Shown piece after piece: positions 46,939-55,079 of a stretch of 64,000 bases of DNA; position 1 is the first letter of the stretch; each line of letters begins with the position of its first letter. Both the position numbers and the translations under genes were made by a program. Source of the stretch: Candidatus Parcubacteria bacterium (GTDB lineage Bacteria; Patescibacteriota; Patescibacteriia; UBA1558; GWA2-36-10); assembly GCA_018669975.1 (NCBI GenBank), contig JABHSK010000001.1:88394-152393 (forward strand). Reading direction: 5' to 3'. Under the pieces are notes generated by a model that worked only from the letters and a program-made list of their open reading frames with translations, was not told the DNA's origin and did not search any database.

Positions 46939-47904
46939 TTAATAAATATTTTCTGGAAAAATTCCTCTGTATGTATTTCCAAAATCATCTACACAAGTAA
47001 CTTTGAAATCATAAAAATCATACAAGAATTTATTAAAAACAGTATGTTTCTCAGTTGCAGTTTCAGCTTTAGTTATTTCGGAATATGGGACACCCGCATT
47101 ACCTCCTGCGTAAGTCCATATGCAAGTAGAGCGATTGCCAGTAGAAATTGATAGCGAGTAACCTTGTTCTCCATCATAAAACTTAGATACAGTTATGTTT
47201 CCAGGGGATTCCTCAGCGTTTGACTTTTGATATTCCCCAATTGACCCATTGTAAACCGTATTAAGGCTTAAACATCGCATATATATAGGGACCCTGGGTG
47301 GTAGAAAATTATTTACACCTACCCTTCCCTCAGCACTATTATTGTCAATGAAAGCCGTGTCTGTTGTAAAAGATATATCTAAACCGTGATCGCCCCATAT
47401 TTCCCATGAACAAATTATTTCATTTTCAACAGATGGCGCATGCAATTCCCCGGTGCTTTTATTATAATAAAGCTCAACTTCTTTTATTTCTTCTATAATT
47501 TTTAAATTTTCAGGATCAATTATGCCATTGTGTTTAATTTGATTTTCATTATTTAAAATATTTTGGTCTGTTCCACCTTTGGGTAAAAATAAACCAAAAG
47601 ATGATATAAAGGATAAAAAAATAGACAAAATGAAAAGAGTTATGCCAATTATAAGCCAGCTCCATTTGTCCTTATACCAGGACCTATATACACCCAGGTT
47701 ACGTTTATTATCTGTTATTAAGCTAGCAACAAAAAATACGGAAAGATAGAGAAATGGTGATTTTTCTAAGGCCACTACTACGCCCATATTTATATAAACA
47801 GCAATTGCCATCCAGAAAATCATAGTAGCTAATATAGCATATAACCATATAGCTATCTTTCGTTTTTTTCTTGTTGAACTAACTCTATTTTTTTCTTTTG
47901 ACAT
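46939..47904 (-). CDS. Membrane protein with two repeated extracytoplasmic Cys-pair domains
   Basis: Three TM helices; ICSWEIWG...MRC and TCIWTYAG...VTC repeats. Confidence 0.6.
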   Translation of the reverse strand: MSKEKNRVSSTRKKRKIAIWLYAILATMIFWMAIAVYINMGVVVALEKSPFLYLSVFFVASLITDNKRNLGVYRSWYKDKWSWLIIGITLFILSIFLSFISSFGLFLPKGGTDQNILNNENQIKHNGIIDPENLKIIEEIKEVELYYNKSTGELHAPSVENEIICSWEIWGDHGLDISFTTDTAFIDNNSAEGRVGVNNFLPPRVPIYMRCLSLNTVYNGSIGEYQKSNAEESPGNITVSKFYDGEQGYSLSISTGNRSTCIWTYAGGNAGVPYSEITKAETATEKHTVFNKFLYDFYDFKVTCVDDFGNTYRGIFPENIY

Positions 47905-47962
47905 AATTTTTATATTAATTCTTTATAGATTTCTTCATTCGAATCATCAAAAACAACAAATA

Positions 47963-48481
47963 CTATCTATTATTTTTCTTTAATAAAAGAAAAACACTAC
48001 CAAAAATATAAGAACCAAATATTACAATCTTCTTGAATGCCCTATCATATACAGAGTCCACTGTAAATAACTCATTGTATTGGGGCTCAGTTCCAGTTGG
48101 AGTATTTAACCACAACCAATTAGCCATATGAGCTGAAGAATACCAAATGTAAAAAGAGATTAATCCTACTAATATAATAGCCGAATAAATAATAATCTTT
48201 TCTCTGTTTTTAATAAAAAAATTAAAAAGCCAATATTTTTCTCTATCATGACTGGACATTTTTACATACATTCTAATTAATACAAGAATAAATAAAATAG
48301 TTATCATAAGGCACCATTTTGCAGAAGAAATACTATACACTAACGCTGGACCACTGCCCTCAAGATTCCATCTGTACCAAAGTTTGTATAAAACACGAAT
48401 TATAAAAACAGTAGAAGAAACTATGGCTAGGGTTGATATTATATCCAATTTTGATTTAAGGCTTGTTTTTCTTTTAAACAT
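47963..48481 (-). CDS. Hypothetical membrane protein
   Basis: Four hydrophobic segments. Confidence 0.6.
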   Translation of the reverse strand: MFKRKTSLKSKLDIISTLAIVSSTVFIIRVLYKLWYRWNLEGSGPALVYSISSAKWCLMITILFILVLIRMYVKMSSHDREKYWLFNFFIKNREKIIIYSAIILVGLISFYIWYSSAHMANWLWLNTPTGTEPQYNELFTVDSVYDRAFKKIVIFGSYIFGSVFLLLKKNNR

Positions 48482-48497
48482 ATTTTTAAATTATTTA

Positions 48498-49313
48498 TTA
48501 ATACCAACAAAGATCTTCATACTCTATAGCACCTTGATTTATAAAATACTGCATTGCATCTGTTCTGCTGCCTAGTTTATCAATCAAGCCATTGTCTAGT
48601 GCCATCTGACCCATCACAGTAGAACCATCGGCCAATTCTTTAACTTTGTCAATTTCTAAACCTCTATTGGCAGCTACTTGCTCTACAAAATATTGATGCA
48701 TAATATCTAAATCTCTTTGCCATAAAGCCCTCTCTTCAAGTGTTAATGGTTTGTCTGGATTACCAGTATCTTTAAATTTTCCAGAATTTAATTCTATAAA
48801 AGTAAGACCATCATTTTGATTTTGTTTAGTGTAGTCTAAATAAGATCCTGTAACACCTATACTACCAACATCAGATATAGGAGAAGCTATTATATAATCA
48901 GCTCCAGTAGCTGCCCAATAAGCAGCAGATGCCGCTCCATCTCTAATTAATGCTACTGTTGGCTTTTCTGCTACTTTCAAAGCAGTAGCTATTTCATCAC
49001 CAGCTACACCGCTGCCACCATATGAATCAACTTCTAATAATATAGCTGAAACATTAGGATCTAAATCAGCGTCTTCAATAGCCCAGACAACATCATCAGC
49101 TGAAGTACTTAAAATCTCTCCTCCATTTTCGTCTAAATTAGTACCATAAGTGGTCACATCTCCATAAAGCTCTATCCCCATAACAGGACAATATACCATT
49201 TCTTCATAGTCAGAGGTAGATTCTATATAAGACTCAACGATAAGCTGAACACCAAATAGTGCGACTACTAACATTAACATCTTGAAGCTCATTTTTAAAA
49301 TTGTTTTTTTCAT
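48498..49313 (-). CDS. sppA: Signal peptide peptidase SppA (S49 family)
   Basis: VDSYGGS, AASAAYW, VGSIGV, SGKFKDTG, GLIDKLG. Confidence 0.88.
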   Translation of the reverse strand: MKKTILKMSFKMLMLVVALFGVQLIVESYIESTSDYEEMVYCPVMGIELYGDVTTYGTNLDENGGEILSTSADDVVWAIEDADLDPNVSAILLEVDSYGGSGVAGDEIATALKVAEKPTVALIRDGAASAAYWAATGADYIIASPISDVGSIGVTGSYLDYTKQNQNDGLTFIELNSGKFKDTGNPDKPLTLEERALWQRDLDIMHQYFVEQVAANRGLEIDKVKELADGSTVMGQMALDNGLIDKLGSRTDAMQYFINQGAIEYEDLCWY

Positions 49314-49329
49314 AAGTTTAATTTATTAA

Positions 49330-50247
49330 TTATTTTTTATAATCATCAAAATTTTCTATTTTAATATATTTCCTCATCTCATCTGTAATAACCTCTTTTG
49401 ATTCTCCACGAGATGTTGTTGCTATCAAGTATATACCTAGATCTTTACCTTCTTTAGCTATTTTTATAAAAGCCTTCTCTGTTTTTTCTGGACAGATACG
49501 CATTGCTGCTGCATATTGTGAAATTAAAATAACAGCCTTTTTATCTTTATAACTCTTTTTCTTCTTTTTTGTTTTTATTAATATACCTAGCCAATTCTCA
49601 AATAATTTAGAATCTGTTGTATGGAAATCAACTATCGGACCAGTAACAAAAGAAAAACCCCTATAAAAAGAAAAATGTAACCTATCACCATCAATTAAAA
49701 CAAATTTACAGGTTTTGGAATATTTATGTATAAAATGTTGTAGATAGGCATACTTACCAGTGTTAACATGACCCATGATTATTTTTGTCTCTAGTTTTGG
49801 TTCTACGGGTGATTTAGTGGTTCTTTTCATTTCATCTAATATTTCTTGCTCTGTACCCACATGAACTCCTAGATGCTCTACAAAATTTTCTAGATTGTTA
49901 GATATTATTTTTACTTTATGTTCTGCTCTGTGCTCGCATAATACTTTTTTTTCTTGTGGAAATAGATAATCATCAATCCAATTAAAATCTTTAGTAAAAT
50001 CTATAGCTTCCGTTTTCCAAGTATTCCAAATGGTTGGTTTTATTTTTTTTAAATATTTAATAGACTCTTTAGGAAATTCTTTACTTAAAATCTCCAAAGC
50101 CTTATCAGCATTACCATCTTTACACCAGGTAGTTAGCCAATACACATCATACTCTTCTGTAAGTTTTTTAACTAGCTCTGGAGCACCAATATTAAGATTG
50201 CCTCTCTTGTCTAGTAAAACACCATCAATGTCTAAATATATATTCAT
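49330..50247 (-). CDS. HAD-superfamily domain fused to a degenerate FtsK-like P-loop domain
   Basis: IYLDIDGVL, WLTTW, WIDD; then IMGHVNTGK, FVLID, IAKEGKDLGIYLIATT. Confidence 0.65.
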   Translation of the reverse strand: MNIYLDIDGVLLDKRGNLNIGAPELVKKLTEEYDVYWLTTWCKDGNADKALEILSKEFPKESIKYLKKIKPTIWNTWKTEAIDFTKDFNWIDDYLFPQEKKVLCEHRAEHKVKIISNNLENFVEHLGVHVGTEQEILDEMKRTTKSPVEPKLETKIIMGHVNTGKYAYLQHFIHKYSKTCKFVLIDGDRLHFSFYRGFSFVTGPIVDFHTTDSKLFENWLGILIKTKKKKKSYKDKKAVILISQYAAAMRICPEKTEKAFIKIAKEGKDLGIYLIATTSRGESKEVITDEMRKYIKIENFDDYKK

Positions 50248-50251
50248 AAAT

Positions 50252-50488
50252 TTATTTATTCCTTTGTTTCTTGCGTAAATAAGTTGGCGTATCAAGATCT
50301 TCTTGTTTAGCTATTTTATTCAGAATCTTTTTTAGCTTTCCATGTTCCTTGTTATCATCTTTAACAAAAAAATCTTTAACCACAACCATAAAATCATTAT
50401 GACAAGATTTACATAAATCATAACCAAGCTCTTCTATTATCTTTTTAGAAAATTCTTCTTTACATTTATCACAAATATATTTTTTCAT
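50252..50488 (-). CDS. Small zinc-ribbon protein ending in an FtsZ-tail-like peptide
   Basis: CDKC...LCKSC; C-terminal EDLDTPTYLRKK. Confidence 0.6.
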   Translation of the reverse strand: MKKYICDKCKEEFSKKIIEELGYDLCKSCHNDFMVVVKDFFVKDDNKEHGKLKKILNKIAKQEDLDTPTYLRKKQRNK

Positions 50489-50497
50489 ATTTTTATT

Positions 50498-50752
50498 TTA
50501 TTTATCAGCTTCTGGCTTCCAAACTTTTTTCTCGTATGGATGTGAGTCAATAATATAAACTGGGCCAATCGGTTTAGTTTTTTCATCTTGATTGTGATTA
50601 TCACAATAAGTCCAAAGTGGTTTTGGAATTTTAAACTTTCTAATTACACAATATGCATCTCCCTCTTTTTCTATTTCTGGGTAGCCCTTTTTTCCATCAT
50701 TTTTACTATTAAACTTACAGGTTCCGCAATGGCCTGGTCCTCCATTTGGCAT
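50498..50752 (-). CDS. Small Cys/His-rich hypothetical protein
   Basis: MPNGGPGHCGTCKFN...YCVIR...TYCDNH. Confidence 0.65.
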   Translation of the reverse strand: MPNGGPGHCGTCKFNSKNDGKKGYPEIEKEGDAYCVIRKFKIPKPLWTYCDNHNQDEKTKPIGPVYIIDSHPYEKKVWKPEADK

Positions 50753-50767
50753 AGTTTTATTTATTAA

Positions 50768-51181
50768 TTATTTTTTATTTAATTTTCTAGCATACTCTAT
50801 AGTTTCTTCTTTCTTTGCTATCTCAGTATATAATAGATTTGGATCTGGTTTACTATTTATTCTCCATAAATCTAATCTATCTGCATCCCAACATGTTTGA
50901 ATAGTAATATCATTACTTTGAGCATTTGATTCACTATGATTAGCACAGGCAAAAATAAGTTGTTCAAATTGTTTATCTGTCACATCCAATAAATTTTTAT
51001 TGTACAAAAGTTTTAAATACTGAGCAGATCGTTTACCATGTTGGCCATCAAATCCGTCATCTCTCCTTCTTATATCATGAAAATATGCAAATAAACTCAA
51101 AACTTTTTTATCGGCATTATTGTAATCAGCTAAATAGTGGCCGATTTTCTCTACATTTTCAAAATGATCTTCTTGATGCAT
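50768..51181 (-). CDS. HD-domain phosphohydrolase
   Basis: FAYFHD, HG..SA, CANH, CWDADRLDL. Confidence 0.8.
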   Translation of the reverse strand: MHQEDHFENVEKIGHYLADYNNADKKVLSLFAYFHDIRRRDDGFDGQHGKRSAQYLKLLYNKNLLDVTDKQFEQLIFACANHSESNAQSNDITIQTCWDADRLDLWRINSKPDPNLLYTEIAKKEETIEYARKLNKK

Positions 51182-51183
51182 AT

Positions 51184-52017
51184 TTAATTTATAACTTCAC
51201 AATAGTAGAAATATGGAGGCCCATAAGTATTTTTTATGCCTAATATTCTTACTTTTTTTACACCTGTACATGCATCATATTCCATATGACCCTTATATCC
51301 GCTTTGATAGGTGCCCTCTACATATCTTTCTCTGCAATTAAATTTTGTAGTGGGAGGAAAATAACAATTCATATCTTTAACATGTCCACTTTGTCCATCT
51401 ATGTATACTTGTAATTGTGCATAAGAATTATCAACTTCTCTGGGGGCATATTCAGTTATTGCATAAACATAATATTCTTGAGTCTTGTCTCTATATACTT
51501 GCCAATAAATTATGCTAATAATTAATACTACTATCAATATTCCAAAAATTAGCTTTTTCATAATATTTTTATTACTTGCTTCTTGTCTTTGTTTATTGTG
51601 CGTATTATTAATATTTGTTTTCATAGCTATGTTTTCTTTATTATCAAAAAATTCCTTACATGTTTCAATAACTTCTGACGGCACTACAGTTGCTTTAACC
51701 AAGTATTTGACGGCACCTAGTTTATTAGCTCTATTTATATCTTCCTTCTGCGAATGATTAGTAAGAAAAATAATTGGAATATCTTTTGTTTTTTTATCTT
51801 TTTTTAAAATTTCTGTAGCTGCAAGACCACTCATTACTGGCATTGTTATACTCATTAATATAAGATTGGGCTTTTCTTTTAAAACCTGCTCTACAAGCTC
51901 TTTGGCTTCAGCAGGTGGATTTAAATAATATTTATAATTAAATCCTGCATTTCTAAACTTAATAGCATACATATTAGCTAGCATCTCCTCATCTTCAAAA
52001 TGTACAATTTTCTTCAT
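51184..52017 (-). CDS. Receiver-domain protein (phospho-acceptor Asp apparently Ser) with TM helix and extracytoplasmic domain
   Basis: HFEDE, LILMSITMPVMSG, FLTN, YLVK; hydrophobic LIFGILIVVLIISIIYW. Confidence 0.7.
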   Translation of the reverse strand: MKKIVHFEDEEMLANMYAIKFRNAGFNYKYYLNPPAEAKELVEQVLKEKPNLILMSITMPVMSGLAATEILKKDKKTKDIPIIFLTNHSQKEDINRANKLGAVKYLVKATVVPSEVIETCKEFFDNKENIAMKTNINNTHNKQRQEASNKNIMKKLIFGILIVVLIISIIYWQVYRDKTQEYYVYAITEYAPREVDNSYAQLQVYIDGQSGHVKDMNCYFPPTTKFNCRERYVEGTYQSGYKGHMEYDACTGVKKVRILGIKNTYGPPYFYYCEVIN

Positions 52018-52078
52018 ATTTTTTGTTAGTTATCTATTAATACATCGTATACCAAATAGCTGACATTTACAAGAATCA

Positions 52079-52474
52079 CTATTGTCTGCCGGATTGACCG
52101 CCAAATTGTATATAAGCGCCTTCTTCGGTGTCTAGCTTATTTTCAATTGAATGTTGAACACTAGAAATATCAGATATACGATGGTTATCACTATCAATTT
52201 CTCGAGTGTCTTTTGCATTACTCTTGTTCCAAATTTTTTCATTGTTTCTGTCATTTTTTCTCCTTTCTTTAGGCTGGATAAGTCCAGCTTTTATTAAACT
52301 TTTTGCTACTTGGCCAAAAATACTTTCTAAATACCAAGCTAAGTCGGTATCTACTAAATATTGCCAAGCATCGTGCTCTTCATCTTTGTTTGCTTCGACT
52401 CCTTCGCAGAATCCCTGAGCTATTACTGTAGCTAAGTAGGGTGTCATTTTTGTATTACTATAATATCTTTTCAT
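52079..52474 (-). CDS. Hypothetical protein (phage-like)
   Basis: AWQYLVDTDLAWYL..FG..A..LI.AGLI motif. Confidence 0.6.
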   Translation of the reverse strand: MKRYYSNTKMTPYLATVIAQGFCEGVEANKDEEHDAWQYLVDTDLAWYLESIFGQVAKSLIKAGLIQPKERRKNDRNNEKIWNKSNAKDTREIDSDNHRISDISSVQHSIENKLDTEEGAYIQFGGQSGRQ

Positions 52475-52498
52475 ATTTTTATTGATTAATAATTAAAT

Positions 52499-52846
52499 TT
52501 AGTCATTGTTTTCACAGAGAATTGTATTAATACCTGGGTCATTTAACCTCTCCTTACCCTTAGGAAGCTTCTCATGTGCCTTATAAACACAACTAGCTTC
52601 CTTATCATATATTCTGACATCCCAACCTTTGTCCATATAGTGCCACTGCGCCCTAGTACGGTCATTTGGGTTTAAAGCCAAAAAAAGCCTATCAGCAAGC
52701 GCTATACAATGCTCAATAGAGCTAAAGTCGCTAGCTAGTATCTTATAGCGATAGTCATCAAAAATATCAGCATAGTGATAGGCGTCCATCAAGTCTATAA
52801 TAGCGATTGTATAAGGTAGTTTAGATTGTTTTTCTTTTGTTTTCAT
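52499..52846 (-). CDS. Hypothetical protein
   Basis: 115-aa ORF directly downstream of the structured RNA. Confidence 0.6.
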   Translation of the reverse strand: MKTKEKQSKLPYTIAIIDLMDAYHYADIFDDYRYKILASDFSSIEHCIALADRLFLALNPNDRTRAQWHYMDKGWDVRIYDKEASCVYKAHEKLPKGKERLNDPGINTILCENND

Positions 52847-52865
52847 ATTTTTATTGGTTAATTGT

Positions 52866-53097
52866 TAGCTTGCAGCTATTGTTTTTGGCTTCATGCCTCG
52901 ACCTTTATAAAAACAAAAAACGGCTGAGAGATTTGATCAACGTATAAAACGTCAATGAAATCTCCCAACCGTCATAGGCTAGTCGAAATATACCATCTGG
53001 CTCACCGCAGATTTCCCAGTTTGCCTCCCATCTCAAGGATGGAGATATATTCGGCGCGAATTAGCTGCACGCGCTACAGACTCTTCTATCAAAGTAC
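52866..53097 (-). ncRNA. Candidate structured ncRNA or riboswitch-like leader with an internal intrinsic terminator
   Basis: Promoter TTGACA-16-TATAAT (53131-53104), boxA-like GTACTTTGATA, hairpin, three-way junction, 14-bp stem plus T-tract. Confidence 0.55.
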
Positions 53098-53140
53098 ATA
53101 GTAATTATAGCAAAAATAGGGGTTTTGTCAAGGTTTTTGC

Positions 53141-53626
53141 TTATTTTTTTTCTAGTTTTTTAAGATTAAGAGTTATGTCTTTTATAGAAGCATCTTGTAA
53201 TACTTTTCTTAAAGTTAAAATATGGCCTTTCTGATGCTCGCTATACCTAGCATATTTATTTATAATATTATGAGGGATTCTATAAGCTTCTTTCACTGAA
53301 TAATCTTCATTAAAAATAACTGCGTCTAAAAAATCAAATCCTTGCTTATCTAAATTTCTTATAACACCAAGCTGATTAGATTTATTATCTTTTTTTAATC
53401 TTCTAGATTTAACTTGGTATCTTTTTTTTGATCTTCTATCAATAGCGTCATAACTAGAAAAAGAATTTGCCATTAAATCATATCCAAAAGCTTCTGCTAC
53501 TAACCACTCTGCATAATCAGCCACTGGATTGTTTGCTGTCCTTATAAGGCCTTTTTTCTTTAGCTCCAATAATGTATCACTATTAAGCCTTAATAATTCT
53601 ATAGATGATAATTTAGATAAATTCAT
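53141..53626 (-). CDS. PD-(D/E)xK-like nuclease-fold protein (DUF6998-like)
   Basis: NNPVADYAEWL, YDAID...YQVKSRR. Confidence 0.6.
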   Translation of the reverse strand: MNLSKLSSIELLRLNSDTLLELKKKGLIRTANNPVADYAEWLVAEAFGYDLMANSFSSYDAIDRRSKKRYQVKSRRLKKDNKSNQLGVIRNLDKQGFDFLDAVIFNEDYSVKEAYRIPHNIINKYARYSEHQKGHILTLRKVLQDASIKDITLNLKKLEKK

Positions 53627-53632
53627 AAAAAA

Positions 53633-53905
53633 TTATTTCTTACTGTGATAAACTTTTCCGCCCTTTTTTTCTTGATATATTATATCCTCATCGTCTTCAT
53701 ACATCTTTTTTATAATTTTTTTCTTACCTTTTTTACTATCTTTTTCATAGGGAACATAATAATACTGCTCTGGAGGTTGTTCAAAATGAGGAAGGCCTTC
53801 TTGAATCCAGTTGATTTCTTCTTTAATAATATTAATATCTTGTCTATTTCTTTGTAAATACCATATTATTAATAAAGCTAGGGTTATAAGAATGTAGTCT
53901 GTCAT
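53633..53905 (-). CDS. Small membrane-anchored hypothetical protein
   Basis: N-terminal hydrophobic segment. Confidence 0.5.
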   Translation of the reverse strand: MTDYILITLALLIIWYLQRNRQDINIIKEEINWIQEGLPHFEQPPEQYYYVPYEKDSKKGKKKIIKKMYEDDEDIIYQEKKGGKVYHSKK

Positions 53906-53909
53906 AATT

Positions 53910-54140
53910 TTATATTTTAGCTCTATTTAAAATATTACCCATTATCCAATACTTATAATCACCCTCATAGTAATATCTATAAATATCCATCTTACCATGC
54001 AAAGTAAACTCTTCTTCTTTGCCTGACTTAGATATTTTTATTTTATATTCATCAAACAGCTCCAGCTCATTCTCTTTTACTATATATTCATGAGGAGCTA
54101 TTTTGGCGTAAGTTTTTGCAAATATCCAAGGCATTTCCAT
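53910..54140 (-). CDS. Hypothetical protein
   Basis: WIFAKTY...PHEYIV...YKYW.M..ILNR. Confidence 0.55.
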   Translation of the reverse strand: MEMPWIFAKTYAKIAPHEYIVKENELELFDEYKIKISKSGKEEEFTLHGKMDIYRYYYEGDYKYWIMGNILNRAKI

Positions 54141-54161
54141 ATTATTAATTTTATTAAAAAA

Positions 54162-55019
54162 TTATAATTTTTTCCAATTCTTATTAACCAATTTATAATT
54201 ACTCAAGTTTAAGGTAGAAAAACCTTTACTATTATCCAATATTGATGCAAATGATCTAATGGTGTGATCCTCAACTCTTTCTAATAAATTACTAAATTCC
54301 GGCTTAACTATATCGTATCTAAATTTATCCCAATCACCAGACATTCCTTGGTGAGTCCTTCCATGCTTCACTCTATTTCCAAAAATTTCTGCTTTTCCGA
54401 TATACAGTAATTTCTTTTTTGTATTAGCTAAATAATATATTACATTTACTTGTCCTGCATGTCTTGATAATTCCTTATGAGAATACCACCCTGTACTTCT
54501 AGAAATTAAATGTTTTTTATCTTTTAAAAATAACCACCCAAATACATTAGCGTCAGCCAACCTTTCAAATAAAGAATTCCATTCTGTTTTTATTTGAATG
54601 AATGGCTCAATGTAAATTTCTTTTAAAGAAGCCCCTCTAAGAGTTATTACTTCTTGTTGCCCCGCTAACATATGACTACGAAATTTTTTTAACTCACCTG
54701 CATTTTCATGTAATTCTTTTTGTGATTTTAATATCACATAACTATTTATAAATTCACGACGCAATACCATTAGAAAGTCTTTGCCAATGTCCCACCTTAA
54801 CTGGTAAACATTTGTGTTGTTTCTTCTATTAATATGGCGAATCTTTGCCTTATAAGACTTTTTTTTATATTTAATCTTAACCTCTCTTGAATGACCGGGC
54901 GTAATCGGTACTCCGTGTAGAAAATCTTTTTCGTACTCCTTGGGAATAATAGTACCCCATTCAAAAGTAGACCTGTCTATTTTTTTATAATAAGGATGTT
55001 TGGTGTATTTTTTTTTCAT
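54162..55019 (-). CDS. GIY-YIG-family nuclease with an N-terminal putative DNA-recognition domain
   Basis: VIYYL...LLYIGKA...R...E in the C-terminal part. Confidence 0.7.
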   Translation of the reverse strand: MKKKYTKHPYYKKIDRSTFEWGTIIPKEYEKDFLHGVPITPGHSREVKIKYKKKSYKAKIRHINRRNNTNVYQLRWDIGKDFLMVLRREFINSYVILKSQKELHENAGELKKFRSHMLAGQQEVITLRGASLKEIYIEPFIQIKTEWNSLFERLADANVFGWLFLKDKKHLISRSTGWYSHKELSRHAGQVNVIYYLANTKKKLLYIGKAEIFGNRVKHGRTHQGMSGDWDKFRYDIVKPEFSNLLERVEDHTIRSFASILDNSKGFSTLNLSNYKLVNKNWKKL

Positions 55020-55079
55020 ATAATTATTTTTTACAGTAGCAATCTTTATTACCTGCTTCTCTAAAGATGTTTTTAATAA

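Noticed and set aside
52866-53097. Retron msr-msd or c-di-GMP/c-di-AMP riboswitch
   Set aside because: No reverse transcriptase in the window, and the conserved aptamer motifs are only partly present and out of order.
42288-55019. Integron cassette array
   Set aside because: Genes are co-oriented, but most spacers are too short, I see no recurring attC-like GTTRRRY/RYYYAAC palindromes, and the integrase lacks the IntI-specific insertion.
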